A DNA stretch of 64,000 bases, from contig JAGVFW010000004.1 in assembly GCA_020057405.1 (NCBI GenBank), forward strand, positions 96,001 to 160,000. Reading direction: 5' to 3'. The translations under genes were made by a program, and so were the position numbers. This document shows, piece by piece, positions 55,531 to 64,000 of the stretch (positions are counted from its first letter, which is position 1; every line of letters starts with the position of its first letter). Below the pieces are notes generated by a model. That model worked only from the letters and a program-made list of their open reading frames with translations. It was not told the DNA's origin and made no database searches. Source of the stretch: an archaeon (GTDB lineage: Archaea > Micrarchaeota > Micrarchaeia > Norongarragalinales > UBA97).

Positions 55531-56928
55531 ATGAAATTCAATGAGTTGAACCTCCTCCCGGAGACCCTAAAGGCAATCGAAGAGAAAGGATTCGTAGACA
55601 CTACGCCAATCCAGGCGCGCGCCATTCCGCTCCTCATGCAGGGAAGCGACGTTGTCGCCCAAGCAAGGACGGGCAGCGGAAAAACTGCGGCATTCGGCAT
55701 CCCCCTCCTAGAGACGATAAAGCGCAATCACTCGAACGAAAAAGGCATTTTCGCAATCGTCCTGACCCCCACCCGCGAACTCGCGCTGCAAGTGCAGGCA
55801 GAGCTAAGCGAACTCGGCAAGCACCTGCACGTGCGGGGCTGCACAGTCTACGGCGGAGTTGCAATCAACCCGCAAATGCAGGAAATCAGCCACAGCCGCT
55901 ACGTAGTCGGCACTCCCGGCCGCATCATCGACCACATCCAGCGCGGCAGCCTCAACCTCTCGACAGTGAAGATGGTAATCCTCGACGAGGGCGACCGCAT
56001 GCTCGACATGGGCTTCGTCGACGATGTTGAATTCATCCTCTCAAAAACCGCGGCACACAGGCAAACCGCGCTCTTTAGCGCAACCATGCCGCCAGAAATC
56101 CTCTCGCTTGCGAGAAAATACCTGCACACGCCCGAGGAAGTGCGCGAGTCTGAAGACGAGCTTAACGTCAAGGAAATTACGCACCTCTACATCAGCGTGG
56201 CTGCAGAACGCAAACTTGACGCCATCGCCAACCTGCTCAAGCAGCGCTGCACCGAGCGAACAATAGTCTTTGCAAGAACAAAGCACGGCTGCGACAAGCT
56301 CGCCGGATTCCTCCACCGCTTCGGCTTCGAGGCACTGGCAATCCACGGCGACCTGTCGCAAAACCGCCGCGAGCAGGTGCTCCAGGACTTCCGCGACAAC
56401 AGGATTCGGGTCCTGGTCGCAACCGACGTTGCCGCGCGCGGCCTCGACATCGAGGACGTCGAGCACGTCATCAACTACAACCTGCCGGAAGACGAGAAGA
56501 CCTACGTGCACCGCATCGGCCGCACTGGCCGCATGGGCAAGAAGGGCGAAGCAATCTCCTTTGGCACCAACTTAGAGGAAATCCGACTCCTGCAGGCATT
56601 CGGCAGGCGCATTGACACTGAAATAAACGAGCTTAAGATGGACATGCCGCACGTCGAGTTCGTCCGAAACGCTCCCCACGCTCACGAAAGCGCAAGGCCG
56701 AGCGGACGCGGAGGCAGGTTCGGCGGTGACCGCGGACGCGGCGGCGGGCGGGGATTCTCGCGCGGCGGGGACCGGGGAAGCAGCAGCCACAGCGGCGGCT
56801 CAAGGAGTTCCGGCGGACGCGATGGCGGAGGACGCTCTGAAGGCGGCTTCGGGCGCGGTTCGCGCGGCAGCTTCGGTGCAAAGCCGGCAAGCCGCGGCGC
56901 GTTTGGCCACAGGCGCACTTCAGGGTAA
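55531..56928 (+). CDS. DEAD-box RNA helicase with RGG-rich tail
   Basis: Q motif, TGSGKT, PTRELA, TPGR, DEGD, SAT, ARGLD, HRIGRTGR. Confidence 0.96.
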   Translation: MKFNELNLLPETLKAIEEKGFVDTTPIQARAIPLLMQGSDVVAQARTGSGKTAAFGIPLLETIKRNHSNEKGIFAIVLTPTRELALQVQAELSELGKHLHVRGCTVYGGVAINPQMQEISHSRYVVGTPGRIIDHIQRGSLNLSTVKMVILDEGDRMLDMGFVDDVEFILSKTAAHRQTALFSATMPPEILSLARKYLHTPEEVRESEDELNVKEITHLYISVAAERKLDAIANLLKQRCTERTIVFARTKHGCDKLAGFLHRFGFEALAIHGDLSQNRREQVLQDFRDNRIRVLVATDVAARGLDIEDVEHVINYNLPEDEKTYVHRIGRTGRMGKKGEAISFGTNLEEIRLLQAFGRRIDTEINELKMDMPHVEFVRNAPHAHESARPSGRGGRFGGDRGRGGGRGFSRGGDRGSSSHSGGSRSSGGRDGGGRSEGGFGRGSRGSFGAKPASRGAFGHRRTSG

Positions 56929-56933
56929 CTTGA

Positions 56934-57347
56934 ATGAAAATCGCCATTTGCGCGAGCATGGTTTTTACCGAAAAAATGCTTGAGGCAAAGGCGACCCTGG
57001 AGCAGATGGGCCACGATGTCTTCGTTTCGCAGTTTGCCGCCGGCTATGTCGGCAAGAGCGATGCGGAAAAAGAGGCCCTGACTTTACACAACAAGAACAA
57101 CAACGACGCCATTCGCGCGTTTTGGGAAAAGATTAGGGCAAGCGACGCGATTCTGGTTCTAAACTACGACAGGCGCGGCATTGCCAACTACATTGGCGGC
57201 AACACCTTGATGGAAATCGGGTTTGCCCACGTGCTTGGCAAGAAAATCTTCCTCCTTAACCCTGTGCCCGAAATTGAGTTCTACAAGAGCGAGATTGAGG
57301 CCTGCAAGCCGGCTATCATCAACGGCGACTTCTCGCTCATCAAATGA
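56934..57347 (+). CDS. Nucleoside 2-deoxyribosyltransferase-like protein
   Basis: SDAILVLN, YIG.NT..EIG.A....K.IF.LN. Confidence 0.7.
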   Translation: MKIAICASMVFTEKMLEAKATLEQMGHDVFVSQFAAGYVGKSDAEKEALTLHNKNNNDAIRAFWEKIRASDAILVLNYDRRGIANYIGGNTLMEIGFAHVLGKKIFLLNPVPEIEFYKSEIEACKPAIINGDFSLIK

Positions 57348-57381
57348 CGCCGTGCGCCGGCAAAGAAATCCCCGCGTCCGT

Positions 57382-58107
57382 TTAGGCGTACATCGGGTTT
57401 TGTTCCATTTCCTTGTAGTCGGCGTGCAGGTCGTGCATTTTCTCCATCGCGTCTTTAAGGCGCGTCTCTATCTTCTCGCCTTCGGAAATCAGGTCATGCG
57501 TGTCAATAGGCACGCCGATGATTTTTGCAACCGCGTCGAGGAGCCGGGCTGACGACTTGGGGTCAAGCGAGAGCGAAGTCTGCACCATGAGGTTGGCTGC
57601 GGGGAACTTTTCGCTTGCGCACTCTGCAATCAGAACACCACTAACCCCCTGGGTGGCGCCCTCCTTAATCAACTGGACGCCGGACTTAACGAGGTTTGCA
57701 GACACTGCCGGGGTGCTTGCAATGCCGTAAATCTTGTCGTCAGGCTGCTGGCTGGCAACGCCGGCGAGGCTGTAAATCATCTTCGCCTTCTTTTCCTTCG
57801 AATAGTCGATTATGGTCTGCGAGAGGGCGAAGACAATGTTTGAGGGAATGACGAACTCGGAAAACAGCACGATGAGCTGGTGCTTTTCGCTTGCGTAAAT
57901 TCTTGCCGGCGAGACGGGCTTGTAGTCGTGGATTGCGGCAATGGGCGGAAAGTGGGAGCTTGCGAAATAGCCCGCGAGCTTCATGTCAAGCTTCTCGGCC
58001 AAGTATGAGGCGCCAATGGTGCCAATCATGCCGATGCCTGGAAAGCCTTCAATTATTGTTGGACGGTCGAGCTTGACTTTCTCGACTTCCTTAATCTCGA
58101 CTATCAC
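57382..58107 (-). CDS. PAC2-family proteasome assembly chaperone
   Basis: IEGFPG.G..G.I, P.RIY, G..G.L, DP....L, C-terminal MYA (HbYX). Confidence 0.9.
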   Translation of the reverse strand: MIVEIKEVEKVKLDRPTIIEGFPGIGMIGTIGASYLAEKLDMKLAGYFASSHFPPIAAIHDYKPVSPARIYASEKHQLIVLFSEFVIPSNIVFALSQTIIDYSKEKKAKMIYSLAGVASQQPDDKIYGIASTPAVSANLVKSGVQLIKEGATQGVSGVLIAECASEKFPAANLMVQTSLSLDPKSSARLLDAVAKIIGVPIDTHDLISEGEKIETRLKDAMEKMHDLHADYKEMEQNPMYA

Positions 58108-58178
58108 AAAACCACCTGCAGGAATTAGGCGCGCTTCTTTTAAAACAACGCGTGCGAAGAGAGGCAGCGAAAGGCGGG

Positions 58179-58544
58179 CTAAGCGCGTTTGGCGCGCTCT
58201 AGCGAAAGCAAGTCGCCTACCTTGACGCGGGCAGACTCTCCCGGCGCAACTTCAAGAACAAGCTTGCAGGGCATTGCGGGCACGATTAGCAGGCGGTTTG
58301 GCTTCACGCGCGCCTGCACGTCAACCACCCTGCCGCTTGCGTCGAGGAAAATCGCGTCGAAGACAGGACAAAAGAGGGAATGCAGCGCATTTCTCCGCCT
58401 GCCGGTTGTGGGGAAGGGGATGGCGAGCGGAATTGAAGCGCTGCCCTTGAACATCAGGCCGCTTGCGCGCTCGCCGGGCGTCTCAAGCAAGAGGCACTTT
58501 GGCCACAAAACACGCTTTTTGGAAACGATTTTGACGCGCTTCAT
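58179..58544 (-). CDS. DUF192-family protein
   Basis: GLMF, H..F, D.IFLD..G.VV, VLE. Confidence 0.8.
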   Translation of the reverse strand: MKRVKIVSKKRVLWPKCLLLETPGERASGLMFKGSASIPLAIPFPTTGRRRNALHSLFCPVFDAIFLDASGRVVDVQARVKPNRLLIVPAMPCKLVLEVAPGESARVKVGDLLSLERAKRA

Positions 58545-58648
58545 GAACTCCCTCTAGAATCAGGCTGCAAGCATTACCCAATCTGCTTTATAAAAAGCTT
58601 TTTATTGGCTGAACGGGTTTAAAGACTTGATACGGCTTTTAGAATACA

Positions 58649-59362
58649 GTGGTGGAAAGAGTGAAATCCCTTGCAATAATCCCCGACGGCAACCGCAGGT
58701 ACGCAAAGAAGCACGGCCTGCCCCTAGAAGTCGCCTACCGGGACGGGTTTAAGAAAGTCGGAAAGGCCATGGAATGGGCCCGCGACTACCGCGTGGAATC
58801 CATGAGCTTCTGGGCGCTCTCGCTTGAGAACTTCCAAAACCGGTCCGCGCTTGAACTGCGCACGATATTCAGCCTCATGCAAAAGCAGCTTGCCGAGGCA
58901 ATGGTAAAAGAAGACCAGGTAAACGAGCAGCAGGCCCAAGTCAAGTTCTTCGGCCGCACCGAACTACTGCCAAAGCAACTTCGGGAATCAATGGCGGCAC
59001 TAGAGCGCAAGACAGAAGGCAACAAGAAACTTTTGCTCAACGTCGGGGTCGCCTACAGCGGCCAGGACGAACTCGTGCGCGCAAGCACCCTATTGGCAGC
59101 GGACATGAAAGCCGGCAAGGTTGACGAGCGCGCACTCGCCAGTGACGGCGGCAAGATTTTCTCAAACTACCTCTTCACCAAGACTGCGCCCGACCTCATC
59201 ATACGCACGGGCGACGTGCAGCGGCTCTCCGGCTTCCTGCCGTACCAAAGCGCCTACAGCGAGTACTACTTTTCAAGAAAACTCTGGCCAGAGTTCACGC
59301 GGGCGGACTTCGCAAAGGCACTCGAGTACTACGACGGCACGCAGCGAAGGTTCGGGCGTTGA
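58649..59362 (+). CDS. uppS: cis-prenyltransferase (undecaprenyl-diphosphate synthase family)
   Basis: AIIPDGNRRYA, S.EN..R, PDLIIRTG..RLSGFL.YQ, RRFGR. Confidence 0.95.
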   Translation: MVERVKSLAIIPDGNRRYAKKHGLPLEVAYRDGFKKVGKAMEWARDYRVESMSFWALSLENFQNRSALELRTIFSLMQKQLAEAMVKEDQVNEQQAQVKFFGRTELLPKQLRESMAALERKTEGNKKLLLNVGVAYSGQDELVRASTLLAADMKAGKVDERALASDGGKIFSNYLFTKTAPDLIIRTGDVQRLSGFLPYQSAYSEYYFSRKLWPEFTRADFAKALEYYDGTQRRFGR

Positions 59363-59373
59363 AAGGTAGCCGG

Positions 59374-59730
59374 ATGAGCGAGTGGAAAGCGCCAACCGGA
59401 ATGCTCAAAGCCTATGTAGACCACGGGTTGCTTTCAGAAGCTCACCTAAAGCTGCTGGCGCTGGGCTATCACCACCCTCAGGTTAAGGAACAACCGCTTG
59501 CTAAAGCACGATTGAATGAAGTCGTCAAAACACTACAGAAAGCAGCGGACGCCGGACTGGTGTACGGCATTAAATCAGCTAGCCTGCTCCAGGCCATTAA
59601 CGCACAACTCAATCCCTTCAAGGGCCATAAAGTCCCAAAAAAGCTGGATCCACACCTAAAAAAGTACTACGAACAAAACAAGGAATCTGACGAAGCTCTT
59701 TGTATGACAGGAAAACTCCTTAAAAAGTAA
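59374..59730 (+). CDS. Hypothetical protein
   Basis: ORF directly following uppS with AGGT SD. Confidence 0.6.
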   Translation: MSEWKAPTGMLKAYVDHGLLSEAHLKLLALGYHHPQVKEQPLAKARLNEVVKTLQKAADAGLVYGIKSASLLQAINAQLNPFKGHKVPKKLDPHLKKYYEQNKESDEALCMTGKLLKK

Positions 59731-59747
59731 TTGCGCGGAAAAAACAC

Positions 59748-60869
59748 CTAGCTCACTATGAAGTCCATGTCCCCTTTAGCCGAGAGGAAGCCAGGCAGGC
59801 CAATCGCATTGCCGACTGCAAGACTGGCCTTTAGCACACTGCCGTTGTCGAACCCTTCAGCAAAATTGTAGGCCGCGCGAATGAAATTGTGCGCCTTAAG
59901 CACGCCCCCGTACTTTTCACGCCAGCGCCGTTCGTAGTTGATTGGCGTGCCTGAAGAAAAGTGGTTTGCAATCTCGTCAGCTGCGATAAAGGCGCACTTG
60001 CCCCCGAATACCACGCCCCCGCCGGTCGTCGCCTTCACCTGGCCGGCTGAATCGCCGCACAGCATGGCGTTGCCGGCCTGCGTGGCAGCGCGAGGCTTGA
60101 TGGGTATGACGTAGTTGAATTCCCGCACGCACTCGCAGGAGGCGCTCCCCGTTGGGCCCAGTACTTCCTGCACGGGGGCCAGGTTAAGGAAGGCTTGTTT
60201 TGCTTCGCGCACTTTTGGAAAATCGGCGGATGCAAAGCCGATTCGGGCACGGTCTTCGCTTACGGGAATGAGCCAGCCGAAAAACCCCTTGCAGATTGAC
60301 GGCTCCAGGTAAATGTGGACAAGCCGCGGATCGCTCACGCGGCAGCCGGAAAACTCGCCTTCCCATGCGAGGACGAAGTCCCGCGCTTCGATTGGCGGAA
60401 AGCCCAGAGTGCGGGCGACAGTGCTGTTTGCCCCGTCGCAGCCCACTAGCACTTTAGACGAAAAGGAATCTGAGGGAGTCGAAACGGTGAAGCCGCCATC
60501 GTGCGATGAAACTTTCTCCACACGCGCGTTTAGCACGAGTTTTGCCCCTGCCTCCTGCGCCTCTTGCGCGCAGCGCTCGTCGTAAGCCTGCCTGTCGATG
60601 ACGACGCCTTTTGTGGAGGAAGCCTCGAATTTTAGTTCAGTGCCGCCGGCAAAGACGCGCGCGCCGCGCACTTCGTTTAGCGTGCATTCCTTGATGCTAA
60701 CGCCAAGCGACTCGAGGCCCGCTTTTGACATGATGCCGCTGCACTTGTGGAACTTGCCGGGCTTGAAGTTCTCTTCCAAAACGAGGGTTTCGACGCCGTG
60801 GTTCGCTAGTGCCTTTGCGCACACGCCCCCAACAGCGCTTGAACCAACCACTATTGCCTTCGCTTCCAC
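59748..60869 (-). CDS. Geranylgeranyl reductase family flavoprotein
   Basis: N-terminal FAD motif, KCSG, VIDR..YD, GCDG..S, F.W.IP, GDSAGQVK.TTGGG. Confidence 0.88.
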   Translation of the reverse strand: MEAKAIVVGSSAVGGVCAKALANHGVETLVLEENFKPGKFHKCSGIMSKAGLESLGVSIKECTLNEVRGARVFAGGTELKFEASSTKGVVIDRQAYDERCAQEAQEAGAKLVLNARVEKVSSHDGGFTVSTPSDSFSSKVLVGCDGANSTVARTLGFPPIEARDFVLAWEGEFSGCRVSDPRLVHIYLEPSICKGFFGWLIPVSEDRARIGFASADFPKVREAKQAFLNLAPVQEVLGPTGSASCECVREFNYVIPIKPRAATQAGNAMLCGDSAGQVKATTGGGVVFGGKCAFIAADEIANHFSSGTPINYERRWREKYGGVLKAHNFIRAAYNFAEGFDNGSVLKASLAVGNAIGLPGFLSAKGDMDFIVS

Positions 60870-60951
60870 TTCGTCCCCCCTTCAGCAAATAGTGTTAGCC
60901 GTGAAATGGGTTAAAAAGCGGCGAGGTGGTTTAATTCGTTAGGCGTGCGGA

Positions 60952-61839
60952 TTGAAGATACCAAAATGGCTTTTGCCCCTCGTTTCAATAGCGCTCATTG
61001 GCTTTTTGCTCTCGCAAATCGACCTTAAGGCAACTGCAGGCGTGCTCTCGCGGGCGGACTTGGGTCTCGTCGCCCTCGCAATCTGCTTCACTACAATCTC
61101 GCTTGCGCTAAAGACGGTCAGGTGGCAAATCCTGCTCTCAGAAAAGCAGGCGATTCCGTTTAAGGAACTCTTTCCCATCCAGGTGGCGGGCATTGCGACA
61201 AGCAACTTTTCCCCTGGAAAAATGCTCGAGGCACTTAAAGTCGTGCCCCTAAAGCAGCGAGGCTTGACGTACAGCTACTCGATGCTCACCGTGTTTTGGG
61301 AAAGGGGATTCGACCTCGTCGTGCTCTTCGGCTTTTCGTTTTCGGTAATTTCCCTCCTTGACCCGGCAGTCGGCACGGTCTTAACGGCAATATTTATCGC
61401 ACTTGTCGCTGCGATGCTGCTCATGTTCCGCCACTTCGAAAAGATCCTCACGTTTGTCAAAAAGCACGTCAAGCTCGCCGTGCTTGAGGAAGTAAAACCG
61501 CATTCGTTCAAGAAACGCACGCTCTTTGCCGCATTTCTAGTCACCGCAGTCGCGTGGCTTGCTGACGCAGGTGTAATGTTCGCTTCCTTTCGGGCAGTAG
61601 GCCTTGACTACGAGTTCATGCGCATCCTAAGCGCCTACGCGGCAAGCATCATCGTCGGCGTAGTGTCATTCCTGCCGGGGGGCATCGGCAGCACCGAAGC
61701 AGCATTCTTGCTATTACTGGGCACTACAAAAGCAGTATTGCCGCAGGTCTTCGGCGCAATCCTACTCGGCCGCCTCGCAAGCCTGGGCTTCAGCTCACTT
61801 TTGGGATTCGCCTTGCTGCCGCTTGTGAAGAAAAACTAG
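60952..61839 (+). CDS. Lysylphosphatidylglycerol-synthase TM / AglD2-like flippase domain protein
   Basis: RW..LL, NF.PGK..E, ER..D, LPGGIG.TE, R. Confidence 0.85.
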   Translation: MKIPKWLLPLVSIALIGFLLSQIDLKATAGVLSRADLGLVALAICFTTISLALKTVRWQILLSEKQAIPFKELFPIQVAGIATSNFSPGKMLEALKVVPLKQRGLTYSYSMLTVFWERGFDLVVLFGFSFSVISLLDPAVGTVLTAIFIALVAAMLLMFRHFEKILTFVKKHVKLAVLEEVKPHSFKKRTLFAAFLVTAVAWLADAGVMFASFRAVGLDYEFMRILSAYAASIIVGVVSFLPGGIGSTEAAFLLLLGTTKAVLPQVFGAILLGRLASLGFSSLLGFALLPLVKKN

Positions 61840-63224
61840 AAGCCTGCCTTTACTTCCTTATAGCGCAAGAGCGCACGTCTGAAAACGCCTTGGATGCGTT
61901 TAAGTGCCGCAGGCGTCTTTCCTTCAAAGCGAAGCGAGAGCTCGGGCTCGTTTTTGCTAAAGCGCACGAGGCCCCAGCCGTCCGAAAAGAGCACGCGGGC
62001 ACCGTCAATGTCGATTACCCGGTTAGTCTTCTTGAAGGCACGGGTGAGCTCAGCCACGATCTCCGCTTTTCGAGTTTCGGCTCCTTCGCCGGTCACGTGA
62101 AGGCGGTATTCCTGCGAGGAATAGTATTTTGGCGCGTCGGAAATCAAGTCTTTGATGGATTTTCCCGAATCACTAACGAGCTTGCACAGCCGGTTCGAGG
62201 CGTAAATTGCGTCGCTAAGCCAGGCGCGTTTTTCCATGAAGTAAAAGTGGCCGCTCATCTCGGCACCGACGCGAGCGCCCTCCTTGGCCATGAGCTTCTC
62301 AACATTCGTGTAGCCCGTGCGGCTAAGAATTGGCTTTCCGCCCCTCGACCTCACGTCGTCGATGACAGACTGCGAGCACTTGATTTCAACTACGATTTTG
62401 GCGCCCTTGCGCACCGCCACTTCCCTTCGGGCGAAGAGCAGGAGTAGCATGTCGGGCCAGATGATGTTGCCATTGGCGTCAACTGCGGCCACGCGATCGC
62501 CGTCGCCGTCGAGCATCAGGCCCAAGTCGGCTTTTTGTTTTCGCACTTGCGCAATCAGCCACGGGAAGTTCTCAGGCTTGACGGGATTGGGCGAGTGGTT
62601 TGGAAAGCGCGGGTCTGGCTTGCAGAAAAGGGCAGTGACTGAAGCGCCGATTGCGCGAAGCGCCGGGACGACGAACGGGCCGGCAGTGCCGTTGCCGCAG
62701 TCGACGACGACTTTGAACTTGCCGCGCAATTTGTTACCGGAAGAAACTGCCTTGAGGTAGTTTGAAAAAATGTTTTTCGAACTTGCTTTGCCGGAACCGG
62801 TTGCGAACTTTCCACTAACGACGTAATCTTTGAGGTCAAGGCCGCTTACGGGAAGCATCTTGAAACGCATTTTGAGGCCGTTGTATTGGGGCGGGTTGTG
62901 GCTCGCGGTTACTGAAGCCGCACCAGTGGTGTGCAGAAACTCGTTGGCAAAGTATGCCATCGGCGTGGTCACTTGCCCAATGCGCACGACGTCACAGCCG
63001 GTTGAGCGCAGGCCCTTGACAAAAGCGCGTTCGTAAGAAGGCGACGAGGCGCGGTTGTCGCGGCCGACTGCGCAGGAGGGTCTTTTGCCGCCATTGCGCT
63101 TGGCAAGCAGGGTGCCAAAAGCCTTTCCGAATAGCTCGTAAGAGGCAGGCGAGAGTTCTTTTTGCGCCAGGCCCCGCACGTCGTACTCTCTAAAGACATG
63201 AAGTGGTGGCGAATTGCCCATCAT
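61836..63224 (-). CDS. Phosphomannomutase/phosphoglucomutase
   Basis: FREYDVRG, TASHNP, DGDGDR, EMSGH. Confidence 0.95.
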   Translation of the reverse strand: MMGNSPPLHVFREYDVRGLAQKELSPASYELFGKAFGTLLAKRNGGKRPSCAVGRDNRASSPSYERAFVKGLRSTGCDVVRIGQVTTPMAYFANEFLHTTGAASVTASHNPPQYNGLKMRFKMLPVSGLDLKDYVVSGKFATGSGKASSKNIFSNYLKAVSSGNKLRGKFKVVVDCGNGTAGPFVVPALRAIGASVTALFCKPDPRFPNHSPNPVKPENFPWLIAQVRKQKADLGLMLDGDGDRVAAVDANGNIIWPDMLLLLFARREVAVRKGAKIVVEIKCSQSVIDDVRSRGGKPILSRTGYTNVEKLMAKEGARVGAEMSGHFYFMEKRAWLSDAIYASNRLCKLVSDSGKSIKDLISDAPKYYSSQEYRLHVTGEGAETRKAEIVAELTRAFKKTNRVIDIDGARVLFSDGWGLVRFSKNEPELSLRFEGKTPAALKRIQGVFRRALLRYKEVKAGF

Positions 63225-63271
63225 AACCGCTTTAAATCACTCTGTGTTTTTAATCAGGTAGGTGTTCAAAA

Positions 63272-64000
63272 ACGACGGCTAATAGCGGCACAAAGGCCCT
63301 TCTTCTCGCAGGCGGTTATGGCACGCGGCTCTTTCCGTTAAGCCTCCGCATCCCAAAGGCAATGGTGCCGGTTGCGGGAAAACCGGTTCTCGAGCACCTG
63401 GTGCGCGTCTGCGTCTCTGCGGGCATTCACGACATCGTCATTTCACTTAACACTAACCAGCGCGTGATTGAGGAGTACTTTGGCGACGGGAACCGCTTTG
63501 GCGCACGCATTTCATACGCTTACGAGACTACAGCGAATGACGAGGACAAGCTTGGCGCAATCGGCGCCATCCAATACGCCCTCGAGAAGACGGGCGGGCC
63601 TGCCGAGTGCATCATCCTTGGCGGGGACAACGTATTTTACGGCCTTGATGTAAAGGCAATGCGCGAGGCGCATAAAAAGCGCGGCGCGGTTGCAAGCATC
63701 GCGCTATTTTCTCTTTCCGACCCGCGCGACGCGCCCCAGTACGGCATCGCGAAAGTCGACGCGTCAGGCAGGCTCACGCGATTTAAGGAAAAGCCCGCAC
63801 CGGAGGAAGTGTTTTCGGACAAAGTGGCAACTGCTGCGTACTACCTCGAGGAGTCGTTCGTGCGCGAGTACTTGCCCGCTTACGTCGAGCGGCTAAAGGC
63901 CCAGGGGCAGAAGGCCGACAAGCTTGGCGACTTGTGGGCGCACTTTGTGAAGGAACTGCCGCTCTACGGCCACGCCTTCCAAGGAATGTGGGGCGATACG
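63272..64000 (+). CDS. Sugar-phosphate nucleotidyltransferase (partial); apparent ACG start
   Basis: KALLLAGGYGTRLFPLS...PKAMVPVAGKP.LEH, YG......., F.EKP; no ATG/GTG/TTG between in-frame TAA 63251 and the motif. Confidence 0.85.

Overview
Core-genome window of an archaeon. The evidence is GGTG/AGGTG Shine-Dalgarno motifs, TATA boxes, a thermosome, an S-layer protein, PAC2, archaeal rRNA and BHB introns. The compact gene set and divergent rRNA suggest DPANN, possibly Ca. Micrarchaeota (inference). It contains an S-layer gene, 7 tRNAs (two with non-canonical introns), RNase P RNA, and a 16S-tRNA(Ala)-23S operon without a linked 5S. The operon carries six bulge-helix-bulge (BHB) rRNA introns, one encoding a protein that does not look like a homing endonuclease. 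Housekeeping genes include pgi, thermosome, metG, alaS, tmk, uppS and a DEAD-box helicase. A surface-glycan locus encodes what looks like a Campylobacter-type O-methyl phosphoramidate pathway plus two carbamoyltransferases. Best candidates for something new: (1) an integrase-less, integron-like array of three ~0.6-0.7 kb gene cassettes behind tRNA-Leu, separated by repeated sites made of an 8-bp inverted repeat, a 7-bp spacer and a copy of the tRNA 3' end; (2) the archaeal phosphoramidate locus with a sulfotransferase-fold/CysQ pair; (3) a remodelled peptidyl-transferase centre; (4) two unassigned, divergently oriented structured RNA candidates; (5) a stand-alone MAAKKKKKK micro-ORF. All assignments come from reading motifs by eye; no database search was run.
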